Origin: Heterodontus francisci
Lineage: Eukaryota
Reading direction: 5' to 3'
Assembly (NCBI RefSeq): GCF_036365525.1
Contig: NC_090382.1
Location: 111,076,372 to 111,140,371, forward strand
Length of the DNA: 64,000 bases
The notes below the pieces were generated by a model. It was not told the DNA's origin and did no database searches. It was given only the letters and a program-made list of their open reading frames with translations. Positions 49,559-62,700 of this stretch are shown here, piece after piece; the first letter of the stretch is position 1; each line of letters begins with the position of its first letter. Both the position numbers and the translations under genes were made by a program.

Positions 49559-51969
49559 TATTTGATCATGAAACATATAGGACCAATGTTCTAGAAAACA
49601 CTCACAGAGGTAAGTTAGTGATAAAAGTCAATAGTTTTGATTTAGATGAAGGTACAAATGCTGAGCTAACATATTCTTTCACTAGTCACACATCGCAAAA
49701 GACTCGTGAGCTGTTCAATTTGGACCCCAGAACTGGAGAGATCAGAATTGAAGGAGTACTAGATTTCGAAGAATCAACCATTTATGAGCTTGGCGTAGAA
49801 GCTGTGGACAAAGGTCCATATGCAATGGCAGTACGTGCCAATGTTATGGTCGGATTAATTGATGTGAATAATAATGTTCCCGAGATAGAGGTGACGTCGG
49901 TATCCAGTACAGTCCCGGAGGATGCGCAGCCTGGGACCGTGATAGCTACAATCAACGTAAGGGATGACGACTCTGGCGATAATGGGCATGTTCAATGTAA
50001 CGTTGATATGGATACTCCATTTAAGCTTGAGAAGTCTTTGAACAGCAACTATCAATTGGTTACAAATAATGTTTTGGATGGTGAAACGACCGCACAGTAC
50101 AACATATCAATCTCCGCCTGGGACAGAGGATCGCCTTCTCTTGCAGCAAGTAAGCAGAAACTGGTGTCAGTTTCTGATGCAAATGATAATGTGTCAAAGT
50201 TTGCACAGTCCTTGTACAATATGTTTGTGATGGAGAACAATACACCTGGTGCTTCTATATTTTCCGTTAGCACTTTGGATCCAGATTCGGATCAGAATGG
50301 GGAAGTATCGTTTTCCATACTGAAAAATCGGCCAGAACATAAATGTGTGTCTTATATAACGATTAACTCGTAGAGCGGGAATATTTACGCGCTACTTTCC
50401 TTTGACTATGAACAGATGAAGAATTTCCAGATCAAAGTGCAAGCTCAGGATACTGGAACTCATCCACTGAGCAGCACTGCCATCGTGAATGTTATTATCT
50501 TGGACCAAAATGACAATGCTCCTAATATTATTTCACCTTTAGCGCGCAATAGTTCATCAGCCATAGAAGTTGTGCGCCAATCACTATATCCGGGATACTT
50601 GATTACCAAGGTAATCGCAACTGATGCGGATTCTGGGCAGAACGTGCGTCTTTCCTTCCAAATTTTGGAAGCCACTGATCCCAGTCATTTCAATGTGGGA
50701 CTACTGTCTGGAGAAATCGGAGCAGCTAAACGTTTGAAGGAGCAAGACGCCACCACACAAAGAGTGGTCATCATAGTGAAGGACTATGGACAGCCAAGCC
50801 TCTCCAGCACGGCCACAATCTTCTTTTCTGTTTTATTCAATGTTACTGAAAAATCTTCCGTACAAAGTCATCAACTCAGACATACTAGACACTTTTTGAA
50901 CCTGAATGTTTATTTAATCATAATTTTTGTCTCAACTTCCTTGATATTTCTTGCAGCTATCATTTTTCTGATCGTGCTAAAATACAAACAGGATCGGCAT
51001 GCCAGTTGCTGTTTCTGCAGACGGGGGAATTCGGATAATGTTTTTCATGAGAGAGCTGCCCCAAAATAAATTTTAAATGGGGCTGGACAGACGTTTCCCA
51101 TTTCTGAAACGTACCACTACACTGTCTGCTTATCTCCAGATTCATCCAAAAGTGATTTCTTGCTCCTAAAATCCTACGAAGCAACTCTACCTGTCAATGA
51201 TTTGAATGTTCGTACAACAAGCGTGAGGAAATAACGCATAGCAAATTTTGCAATGGGGGTTATTACAGTTTCAGAAAGTTAAACTATTGTGCCCTGCTAT
51301 TAAAAATTTTCTATCCGAGTGAATCACCGCCCAGACATGCACATATATTAATAGTGATATCTACTTGCTACATGTCTGTGTCCTCAGTAGTACATATTTT
51401 ATTAAAGTTCGCATAAATGTCTGGCTGTTTAGTGTTTTTTTTTCACTGTCTGTTTTGTTGAAGCTCGTATACGTTTGGAAGCAATATTTTCTCTGTACGA
51501 CCGTAACTTTAACCGGGAGCAGAGCGAAACATTTCTTTTAATAAACAAGATTCCGTTAAATTATTTTCTTTTAGCTTAAAACGTTGTGAGAAGTTTCTAG
51601 TTTTATAATAAATTTCATCCTCTTAAAAATAGTTAGATTTTAATCCTAGATTACATACATGGTTTTGTATTGGAAAAGTTGACATAGAAATGGATAGTTC
51701 AAATTAACTTTGATGTTTGCTCCTAGCAAAAAGTAATGTCCTGGGCATTTGATAATTCGCAAGGATCAGGCATTATTTCCCTTGTATATACCAGTCAAAT
51801 GCAAGGTGAAAGTAGGCAAGCCAAATCGCCATCCAGTTAGTCTCAAATTCCTCTTAGAAACCCTTGCAGGTTGTCAATGATCTCAAACGAACGTTTTAAA
51901 TTTGCAGTTGTATATCAGCTGGGAACACGTGCGCCATGGTGCTCTTGAAATCTGGCTCCCAAACCAAAA

Positions 51970-53523
51970 CGTGGAATCTCCCTGCTCAGCATAGTGGGGA
52001 AAGTCTTTGCTCGAGTCGCTCTGAACAGGCTCCAGAAGCTGGCCGAGCGCGTCTACCCTGAGGCACAGTGTGGCTTTCGTGCAGAGAGATCGACTATTGA
52101 CATGCTGTTCTCCCTTCGTCAGATACAGGAGAAATGCCGTGAACAACAGATGCCCCTCTACATTGCTTTCATTGATCTCACCAAAGCCTTTGACCTCGTC
52201 AGCAGACGTGGTCTCTTCAGACTACTAGAAAAGATCGGATGTCCACCAAAGCTACTAAGTATCATCACCTCATTCCATGACAATATGAAAGGCACAATTC
52301 AACATGGTGGCTCCTCATCAGAGCCCTTTCCTATCCTGAGTGGTGTGAAACAGGGCTGTGTTCTCGCACCCACACTTTTTGGGATTTTCTTCTCCCTGCT
52401 GCTTTCACATGCGTTCAAATCCTCTGAAGAAGGAATTTTCCTCCACACAAGATCAGGGGGCAGGTTGTTCAACCTTGCCCGTCTAAGAGCGAAGTCCAAA
52501 GTACGGAAAGTCCTCATCAGAGAACTCCTCTTTGCTGACGATGCTGCTTTAACATCTCACACTGAAGAATGCCTGCAGAGTCTCATCGACAGGTTTGCGT
52601 CTGCCTGCAATGAATTTGGCCTAACCATCAGCCTCAAGAAAACGAACATCATGGGGCAGGATGTCAGAAATGCTCCATCCATCAATATTGGCGACCACGC
52701 TCTGGAAGTGGTTCAAGAGTTCACCTACCTAGGCTCAACTATCACCAGTAACCTGTCTCTAGATGCAGAAATCAACAAGCGCATGGGTAAGGCTTCCACT
52801 GCTATGTTCAGACTGGCCAAGAGAGTGTGGGAAAATGGCGCACTGACACGGAACACAAAAGTCCGAGTGTATCAGGCCTGTGTCCTCAGTACCTTGCTCT
52901 ACGGCAGCGAGGCCTGGACAACGTATGCCAGACAAGAGCGACGTCTCAATTCATTCCATCTTCGCTGCCTTCGGAGAATACTTGGCATCAGGTGGCAGGA
53001 CTATATCTCCAACACAGAAGTCCTTGAAGCGGCCAACATCCCCAGCTTATACACACTACTGAGTCAGCGGCGCTTGAGATGGCTTGGCCATGTGAGCCGC
53101 ATGGAAGATGGCAGGATCCCCAAAGACACATTGTACAGCGAGCTCGCCACTGGTATCAGACCCACCGGCCGTCCATGTCTCCGTTATAAAGACGTCTGCA
53201 AACGCGACATGAAATCGTGTGACATTGATCACAAGTCGTGGGAGTCAGTTGCCAGCATTCGCCAGAGCTGGCGGGCAGCCATAAAGACAGGGCTAAATTG
53301 TGGCGAGTCGAAGAGACTTAGTAGTTGGCAGGAAAAAAGACAGAGGCGCAAGGGGTGAGCCAACTGTGCAACAGCCCCAACAATCAAATTTCTCTGCAGC
53401 ACGTGTGGAAGAGCCTGTCACTCCAGAATTGGCCTTTATAGCCACTCCAGGCGCTGCTTCACAAACCACTGACCACCTCCAGGCGCGTATCCATTGTCTC
53501 TCGAGATAAGGAGGCCCAAAAGA
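51970..53523 (+). mobile_element. Young RTE LINE, 5'-truncated; RT frame open to 53358
   Basis: 454-aa ORF 51994-53358; AGA>TGA just before the zinc-finger-like end (natural stop 53470-72); flanked by a ~54-bp direct repeat. Confidence 0.95.
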
Positions 53524-53805
53524 ATATCAGCTGGGAACAAGTGCGCCATGGTGCTCTTGAAATCTGGCTCCCAAACCCAAGCGACTCAGTTTCGTTCGTG
53601 TTTATATTTGCTGTTGTCTGCTTGGCTTGTTTAAATGTTTTGGAACAGCAGAATTTTAAATAGCCCTTTTAGACACTTGCCCCTTTGGTCAGTAAATTCG
53701 AAACCTAATGCAAATATTTGTTGATATTAGCAACTTGGATACATACATGGCACGAACGCGACAGGCGAATTGACTCTTTCTGTGCTGTAACCATCCTACG
53801 ATGCT

Positions 53806-54150
53806 GGGCGGCACAGTGGCGCAGTGGTTAGCATGTAAACCTCACGGCTCCAGCGACCCACGTTCGGTTTTGCGTACTGCCTGTGCGGAGTTTGCAAGTT
53901 CTCCCTGTGATCGCGTGGGTTTCTGCCGGGTGCTCCGGTTTCCTCCCACAACCTAAGACTTGCAGGTTGATATGTATATTGGCCTTTGTAAATTGCCCCA
54001 AGTGTAGGTAGGTGGTAGGAGAATTGAGGGAAGATGGGGATGTGGTAGGGAATAAGGGATTAGTGTAGGATTAGTATAAATGGGTGGTTGATGGTTGGCA
54101 CAGACTTGTTGGCCGAAAGGCCTGTTTCAGTGCTGTATCTTTCTATGATA
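53806..54150 (+). mobile_element. HE1-type V-SINE
   Basis: tRNA-like head GGCACAGTGGCGCAGTGGTTAGC; V-domain GGAGTTTGCAAGTTCTCCC..GGGTGCTCCGGTTTCCTCCCAC; CR1-like 3' end GGCCGAAAGGCCTG. Confidence 0.88.
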
Positions 54151-54479
54151 AGTGCGTGATTTTGATACGCCTCCGTGCGCAACAGTATGACAAAAGCGTA
54201 AACATCTCTGTCGGATAAACACAATGAAACATCAAGAAAAGGTTTGCTGGACAGGAAAAAAAAACACGTGATATGCTGCAGAGTTAAAACTTTCAAAATT
54301 TATAATGACATTTCACTATATTTTTCAGCTATAATTCTGAATTATTAGCACCATTACACAGAGGTGATAGCAGCATATTGAAATGAAAATATTACTTGAA
54401 GAAGAAAGATGCAACAGAATATATTAGGCCCCCATTTTTCCAATGAAGTAATATTTTAATTTTCCGTATAGCTTCGGAG

Positions 54480-55030
54480 AACTCTGCGGCGTTTTGCTCT
54501 CCATATTTAAGGAAGGATATACTTGCCTTGGCTGCAGTACAGCAAAGGTTCACTGGATTGGTTCCTGAGATGAGAAGGTTTTCCTGTAAGATAAGTTGAG
54601 TAAATTGTACCTATACTCTCTGGAGTTTAGAAGAATGAGAGGTCATCTCATTGAAGCAAACAAGAATCTGAAGGGGCCTGATAGGGTCGACACTGAGAAG
54701 TTGCTTCCCCTAGCTGGGGAATCTAGAACACGAAGGATTGTGTCAGGATTAAGGGTCCATCATTTAGGGTTGAGATAATGAGAAATGGCTTCACTCAGAT
54801 GGCTGTGAATCTTTGGGATTGTCTACCCCAGAGGGTTGTGTATGCTCCATTGTTGAGTATAAATGAGGCTGAGATAGACAGATTTTTGATCTCTCAGCGA
54901 GCCAAACGATATAGGGAGCAGGCGGGAAAGCGGAGTTGAGGCTGAAGATCAGCCATGATTGTACTAAATGACGGAGCAGGCTCGAGGAGTCGTCTGGTTT
55001 TCTCCTGCTCCTATTATCTATATTCTTATT
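54480..55030 (+). mobile_element. CR1 3' fragment
   Basis: LYSLEFRRMRGHLIE; CR1 3' UTR. Confidence 0.85.
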
Positions 55031-55094
55031 TTCCAGGAGTCTGAAGAATGAAGAAGAATCTTACGTACGCTTTTATATTAGCTGTAACCCCATA

Positions 55095-56760
55095 TTTATC
55101 CATTCATGCAAAGTGAACATCATTGGCAAAGCCGACATTTTATTTCCCATTTCTAATTGCCATTTCTAGAGTAATGCAAAGAAAGTTCTTCTGCTGCAGT
55201 CGTGTGGTGAAGGTGCTGTAAGGTAGGCAGTTCCAGAATTGTTACCTAGCGACGATGAAGGATCTACGATAAATTTCCGATTTCCAAGAATGCATTAAAC
55301 TTTGAGGTGAACTTGGTGATCTTCCCATGCGCATGCTCCCTTGTCCTTCTAGATGGTAGCAGTCACAGGTTTGGGAGAGACAGCCAAACAAGACGTGGCG
55401 AGTTGCTGCAGTGCATTTTGTAGATGGAAAACATTGCAGACATGATGTGCTGGTGGAGGAGGGAGCAAATATTTAACATGTTGGATGTGGTACCAACAAA
55501 GCCGGCTGCTTTGTCCTGGATGGTGCCACCTTTCATGAGTGTTGTTGCTGCTGCACTCATACAGGTGAGTGGAGAGTATCCCATCACACTCTTGACTTAT
55601 GCCTTGTAGATGTTGGTAAGACTTTGGGGAGTCAGGGGTCACTCTCTGCAGATACTGCAGCCTCTGACCTGCTCTTGTAGCCACAGTATTTATGTGGTGA
55701 ATCCAGGTAAATTTCTGGTCAGGATGTTTTTAGTGGGTGATTCGATGATGGTAATGGTAATGAATTCCAAGAGAAGGTGGTTACATTCTCTTTTGTTGGA
55801 GCTGTTCAATTCTTGGTAATTGTTTGGCATGAATTTTGCTTTCTACATAAAATCTCAAGCCTAAATGTTGTACACGTCAAGCTGCACGCTAGCATGGACT
55901 GATTGACTCTCGGAGGAGTTGCAAATAGATCTGAACTCTGTGTAATTATCAGTGAACATCCACAATTCTGACCTTAGAATGGAGGGAAGATCATTGATGA
56001 AGCAGATGAAGACGACTCGGCTAGTGCACTCTCCTGATGTATTCCTGCAGCAATTTCTTGGGGCTGAGACGACTGACCACCAATATCCACAATGCTAGCA
56101 CATTCCTTTGTGCAAGTTATTATTCCACCCAGTGGAGAATTTTCCCCCTAATTCCCATTCACTTCAATTTTCATAGGGCTCCATGATGCCACACTCAGTC
56201 AAATGCTGTCTTGAACTCAAAAGCAGTTACTGTCATCACACTCTGGAATTTAGCTCTTTTGTCTATGCTTGGACCAATGCTGCAATGAGGCCCGTCAGCG
56301 TGTGGTCTTGACAGAATGCAAACTAAGCATCGGCAAGCAGTTTATTGGTGTGTAAGTGCTAATAAATAGCATGGTCGTTGACCCCTTCCATCACTTTTCT
56401 GTTGATTGACAGTAGATGGGACAGTAATTGGATGGAATGAATTTGTCCTGCTTTATTTGGACAAAACATATCAGGACAATTTTCCACTTTGTCATGTAGA
56501 TGCTTGTGTTGTAGCTGTACTGGAACAGCTTGAATAGACGTGTGGCGGTCTCAGCAGCAGATTTCTTAGCACTAACGTCTGGATGTTGTTGGGGACAATA
56601 GCCTTTTGTATACAGTATATTCAGCCGTTTCTTGATATCACTTGGAAACAATCGAATTGGTTGACGACTGCCTTCTGTGGTGAAAAGGACTTTAGGATGA
56701 AAAACAGACGTACCACCTAGCCTGCACATCAGCTGAAGATGGTTGCAAATGTTTGAGCCA
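55095..56760 (-). mobile_element. Degraded Daphne/Crack-like LINE
   Basis: Minus strand: MGYSPL..TIQDKAA, KLFQYSYNT..WKI; collinear with 20225-23680. Confidence 0.7.
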
Positions 56761-57184
56761 TGTATTTTTCAAAATCCGAACATATGAAAATTCTAACTGA
56801 TGTTGTCTGGATATTCCATCGAACCTTTTCCAAACAATCATGATACAACTAATTATTCTGACCTCTAGCGTTTTCTATCACCCCCAGACTTGTAATCTCC
56901 TGGGTTGGCAATTAAACTGATCAAGAATATCTCGGCTAAATCAGGAGAAGCATCTAGGAAATCCTTCTGCAACTCTCCAAGGCGATAAAATACTCACGTG
57001 CATGACCTTATGTTCAGGTTTGAAAAATTACATTCCCTAAATTTCAGGACATTTACTACATCACATCTGGATCAAATAGTTATATTTATCTTTCATGGAG
57101 AGTCTTAGCAGTAACATGGCTCTTTGTACTGTCTGTGCATCATAGTCTCTACACATGATTGCTTGCACCACTGTCTAGACCTCA

Positions 57185-58550
57185 TAGAGCCATAGCATCA
57201 TTGAATGGTTACAGAACAAAAGGAAGCCACTCAGCCAACTTCTGCTATCTACCCTCATAACAAAACTCCCTCATCCCTGGAACCATTCTCGTAAATCTTG
57301 TCTGCAACATCTCTAAAGCTTTCACATTCTTCCTAAATTGTGGTGTGCAGAATTGGACACAGTATTCCAACTGAGGCGGAACTAGTTTTTTTTATAATGG
57401 TTCACAATAATTTCCTTGCTTTTGTACACTGTGCCTCGATTTATAAAGCCCAGGATCCAATATGCCTTTTTGACCAATTTCTCAACCTATCCTGCCACCT
57501 TCGACAATTTCTGCATATATACGCCCAGGACTCTCTGTTCCAGTACCCTTTAATTTTAATTGTCTCTCCTTATTCTTCCTACCAAAATGTATCATATGCC
57601 ACGTGTCCGCTCATTCCACAAGCCTGTATATGTCCTCTTGAACTCGATCACTATCCTCCTCACGGTTCAATATATTTCTAAGTTTTGTGTCATCAGCAAA
57701 ATTTTCAATTGGGCCCTGTACTCCAAAGTCTAAGTCAATATAGATAAAAAAAACAGTGGTCCTAGTACCAGCCTCTGGGTATACATACCTCCAGTCCGAA
57801 AAACATCAATTCACCACTACGTTCCCTTTCTTGTCACTGAACCAACTTTATATCCACACTGCCGCCCTTTTCTACCATCGGCTTTAATTTTGCTGGCAAG
57901 GCTATTATGTGGCATATTATCAAACAGCTTGCAAGACCATATGCATCACACCAACCACATTAGCCTCTTCAACCATTTCTGTTACCTCATCAAAACTTAA
58001 TATAATTAGTTAAACACGATTTGCCCTTAAATAATCCATGCTGGCTTCCCTTGATTAATTGACAATTGCCTAACGGACTGTTAATTTTGTCCCAGATTAT
58101 CGATTTTAAAAGCACTCCCATAACTGAGGTTAAATTGACTGACCTATAGCTGCTGGGTTTATCCCTACACTCTTTTTTGAACAATGGTGTAACGTTTGCA
58201 ATTCTCTCCTTTGGCACCAGACACATTTCTAAAGTGGATTGAGGACTGTGACCAGTACCTCCGCAAGTTACACCTTTATTTCCCTCAGCATCTGCTGACG
58301 CATCCCATCCGGTCCTGGTGACATATAAACTTCAACGACAGCGAGCCTTTCCATTGCTTCCTTTTTATCACTTCAGTATCCATAATATACCGTATCTGGA
58401 CTACCTCCCTTTTTACAATGACGTTCACAGCAACTTCTTCCTCGTTAAATACACATGCCAACTACTGATTTATTACCTCAGCCATGTCCTCTGACTCCAA
58501 GGCGGATATGTCCTTGATCTATAGTTTGCCCCCTCCTATTTCTCATCTAC
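57185..58550 (-). mobile_element. Degraded CR1
   Basis: IANVTPLFKK..YRSVNLTSV..SQHG..KSCLTN (57990-58226). Confidence 0.75.
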
Positions 58551-58782
58551 ATGCTGCCACTTGGCGACATCATCCAAAGACACAGTACTATTTTTAGGAC
58601 AAGACAGCAAGTGAAAGAAATTCGTTTGTAATTAAAGCAAAATACTGCTGTAAATCTGAAATAAAAACAGAAAGTGCTGGAAATACACAATGGGTCTGGC
58701 AGCATCTGTGTAGAGAGAAACAGAGTTAGCGGTTCAGGTCTGTGACCTTTCATCAGGACTGGCAAAAGTTAGAAATGTAATA

Positions 58783-59752
58783 AAAACAAGAAATGCTGGA
58801 ATCACTCAGCAGGTCTGGCAGCATCTGTGGAAAGAGAAGCAGAGTTAACGTTTCGGGTCAGTGACCCTTCTTCGGAACTGGAAGAGATCAAGAGCGGGTA
58901 AGAGGTCAGGGGGAGGGGTCCTGGTACAGGGAGAATGCTGGAGGTGGGTGAATGGGTCTGCTGGTCGGGGGGAGGACTCCTGGTCGAAGAAGTGAGCCCG
59001 GAGGCGGAGGCGACGGAAGAAGAGCTCAACGTCATGCCGAGCGCGAAATTCATTGAGGTGGGGGCGTGAGGGGATAAAACTGAGACCTTTGCTGAGTACA
59101 GAACGCTCAGCATCAGAGAGGGGGAGGTCAGAGGGTATAGTGAATACACGGCAAGGGGTCAGATCAGAAGGGAAGTGAAGCGGAAGGAGGATCTGGAGGG
59201 GCATTAGTCCCCATCAGCTGCTGGAGCTTGCGTTCCTTAACACCTGAAAGGAAGAAAAAAAGTTTTTTGTTAATGCGTCGGATGAGACGAAAGATGAAAT
59301 GAAACTGCGGAGTAGAACAGCTTTGAGATAAGGTGAGACGGTGCTGCTGGAGAGAGAGCTCCAGTGTGTGCATGTGACGGCGCATAGCACTGAGTGTGGA
59401 TCTCAGGATGCGGCCAGAGTAGCAGTCCGAGGAACGTTGTATTTCTCGGAAATACCTGTGATCCTGGGTGGTTTCAAAGATGATGGGTGAAACTGCAGTT
59501 GGAATCCACGTGGAATAATTCGGAGCCGGAGACAGTCACTGAGGAAGGAGATGTGGCTGTGAAAACGAGTTTTGGTAGATACCTTATCAAACACCAGGAG
59601 GGAAATAGAAAGCAATGAAGGTGAACAAGGTAAAAGAGACAAACGAAAATCCCATCGGAGAGAAGAGCAGAACTTCTTCAAGGTAGGCATTCCTGGAAGA
59701 GAAGTGGCAGTGAATTAAACACTAAAATAAAAGCAAAATACTGCGGATGCTG
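58783..59752 (-). mobile_element. Non-autonomous Penelope derivative: terminus tail, ORF N-terminus, then hammerhead-bearing terminus
   Basis: MPTLKK..FLSDCLRLRIIPRGF and LSDAERSVLSKGLSF (PLE N-terminal region) joined directly to CAGTTCCGAAGA..; flanking repeat GAAATGTAATA (58772-82, 59753-63). Confidence 0.8.
58843..58879 (-). ncRNA. Minimal hammerhead ribozyme motif
   Basis: Minus strand is identical to the motif at 47654-47690. Confidence 0.65.
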
Positions 59753-62700
59753 GAAATGTAATAGCCTTTGAACAAGTTAAAAAGGGGAAGGGAGAAGAAC
59801 AAAGGGAAGTTGTGATATAAGGTAAAGGGCAGGAGAGATTAAATGACAAAGATGTCATGGGAAAAAGGCAAAGGGAGTACTAATAGTTGCAATAAAAGAC
59901 AAACCACAAGTCCAGAGAGAGGTCCAATGGCAGAATAATAAACAACTCTGTCCAAAAGCACAAACCTGAAAAACAAGTTTACAACAGGAACATAGTTAAA
60001 AATAAAATAAAATAAAATAAAGGCTGTCATGCTCTGAAATTGTTGAACTCAGTGTTCAGTCCAGAAGGCTGCAGAGTGCCCAATCAGAAGATGAGATTCT
60101 GTTCCTCGAGCTTGCGTTGAGCTTCACTGGAACACTGCAGCAGGCCAAGGACAGAAATGTTGACATGGGAGCAGAGTGGTGAATTAAAGTGACAAGCAAC
60201 AGAAAGCTCGGGTTATGCTTGCGGACTGAGTGGTTGTATTCTGCAAATGATCACCCAATCTGCGCTTGGTCTCCCTAATGTAGAAGCAGCTGCATTGTGA
60301 GCAGCGAATACAGTAGACTAAATTGAAAGAAATACAAGTAAATCGTTGCCTCAACTGGAAAAAATGTTTGGGGCCTTAGATAGTGAGGGCCGAGGAGGTA
60401 AAAAGGCAGGTATTACCCCCCCTGCGATTGCATAGAAAGGTGCTGTGGGAAGGGAATGAGGTGTCGGGGATGATGGAAGGGTGAAAACATAGCGCGGAGG
60501 GAACAATCCCTTCAGAATGCTGACAGAGGAGGGGAGGGGAAAATGTGTTTGGCGGTGGCATCACATTGGAGGTGGCAGAAATGGTGGAGGATGACCCTTT
60601 CGATGTGGAGGCTGGTGGGATGGAAATTGAAGACAAGGTGAACCCTGTTGTGGTTCGGGGAGGGAGGGGAAGGGGTGAGGTCAGAAGTGCAGGAAATGGT
60701 TTGGACACGGTTGCGGGCCCTGTCAAGCACAGTGGGGGGAATCATCAGTTGAAGAAAAAGGAAGACATATCAGAAGTACAGTTGTCAAAGGTAGCATCAT
60801 CAGAACAGATGCATCGGAGATGGAGAAACTGGGAGAATGGAATAGTCTTATAGGGGGCATGGTGTGAGGAAGTGTAGTCAATGTAGCTGCGGGAGTCGGT
60901 GGGCATATAATGAAAATTATTGGACAGCCTATCCACAGAGATGGAGACAGAAAGTCTAGGAAGGGAAGGCAAGTGTCGGAGATGGACCTTGTGAAGGTGA
61001 AAGATGGGTGGAAATTGGAAGTAAAGTTGATGAAGTTGTCTAGTTCAGGGCAGGAGCAGGAAACGACACCAGTTGGGGAGGGGGCCTGAGTAGGACCGGA
61101 ACAAGGAGTGTTCGATATACCTCACAAAAAGACAGGCATAACTGGGTTCCATGTGGCTTCTTATTTGGAGAAAGTGAGTGGAGTTTAAGAAGTCGTTGTT
61201 CAAAGTGAGAAAAAGTTCAGCCAGGCGGAGGAGTGTGTGGCTGGATGGAAACTGGGTGGGTCTCTGTTCAAGGAAGTAGTGGCGAGCTCTCAGACCATCC
61301 TAGTGGGGGATGGTGGTATTGAGCGATTGGACGTCCATACCGAAGAGGAGGTATTTAGGGCAGAAACTGGAAATTTTCAAAATGACATAGGTCGTCAAAA
61401 GAGTTACGGATGTAGGTGGGAAAAGACTGGATCAGGGGAAGAAAAATAGAGTTAAGATAGGAAGAAATACTTTCCATGGTAAGGAACAGGCTGAAACAAT
61501 GGGTTGTCTGGAACAGACCTGTTTCTGGATTTTGAGATGGAGGTTAAAGTGGGTTGCCAAGAAATTAGGCTGCGTTTTGACACAAAAGCTGCGTTTCACT
61601 TATCAATTTCATATGAGACATCACATGGCTGAATTGCACACAATAGGGCTGAATTATATCAGCCATACAGAGGCAGCTTTGGAGGTGAGACGGGCTGAGG
61701 GTGGGGATCAACTTCCCTACGCATTTCCACTTCTGAGCGATCTTGCGAGAAGCAGGGTGCGACCAGTTCAGCTATTCATTTGGCAGGGGAGGTAACTAAT
61801 CAGCAGCAATTATTTGTCTACGGGGTAAGTTGGTGATGCCACCACAATCTTACTAGTATCAGACAGCCCACCCCCTGCCCCCCCACCCCACCACCCCGCC
61901 CCATCCTCGATGAGGCTGAAGCCTGGAAGAAGCTGGAGGAAGCCCTCCACAGTGATAACCTCGAAGCTGTGGCCCCAATTTATGTTAAGCTGTTTTTGAA
62001 ATCTTCTGAGGGCACTTCCATCTTGTGGTGCCCTCTTAATCCCCCACCTACAATGGCAGTGCCCACCTCGACTCGAATTGACCCTTCGGCCGGTGCAGCC
62101 TGCCTGACTTCCTGAATTTGATGGGGCTCCAGAAGACGGCCTCGTAATTTGCCGTCTCCGGTCAGATCCCGCCGGGGAAGACTTCAAGGACCATTGGGCT
62201 CAGGACCCTGAAATCGTGCGACTGCTGAGGAAAGACTAAGGCGGTAAGAATCTGCCAGAAGTGCACGTCCACCTTTTTCGTCAAAGCACTCCTTAGCTGT
62301 CCATGGTAGCCAAAAAAGTTTGAATAGGAGTGTAGTGCTTTGATTCGGAGAGCCTTTCGTGTAATTAATGAGTGGGGTTGTTTGATTCGCTGTTCTTAAG
62401 GAGTCACAGTAGAACAAGGGTTAACGTTTCAGATCAGTTACCTTTCATAATTCTGAGCTCCGAACACAACAACCTGAACTGTCAACAGCAGCTCTAACAT
62501 TCTTGATCCCACTGCAGCGGTGATAGAGTTAACCATTCACTCCATTGTTGAATGCGTGGTTTCAATGCCTTGCTGGAAAGCCGTATGCAAGTTAGAGCTT
62601 GACTCGTCCTTGCTTTCTACCATTGACCGCTAGCTGGCAGCAATGTTCGGTGCCGTAAAATGTTTAGGTGTATATGAATCACTCTTTTAGTGTCGCTACT

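Larger units (their letters stand above)
48336..51234 (+). pseudogene. Protocadherin pseudogene, close paralogue of 27796-30201
   Basis: Frameshifts in the signal peptide, at ~48657 (+4) and ~49207 (+1); TAG 50371 (AAG in gene 2); TAA 51067 (GAA in gene 2); RTE and CR1 insertions. Confidence 0.95.
58633..61560 (-). mobile_element. Older Penelope element (RT, GIY-YIG, terminus) hosting a nested Penelope derivative
   Basis: Minus-strand IPFSQFLHLRCICSDDATF and GIY-YIG remnant at 60030-60360; terminus at 58633-58782 continuing from 59753. Confidence 0.85.

Noticed and set aside
48561-51069. Pcdh ORF pieces as exons of a spliced gene
   Set aside because: Interruptions are TSD-flanked LINEs and point lesions, not GT-AG introns
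53806-53880. tRNA gene
   Set aside because: tRNA-derived head of a V-SINE, with no complete cloverleaf
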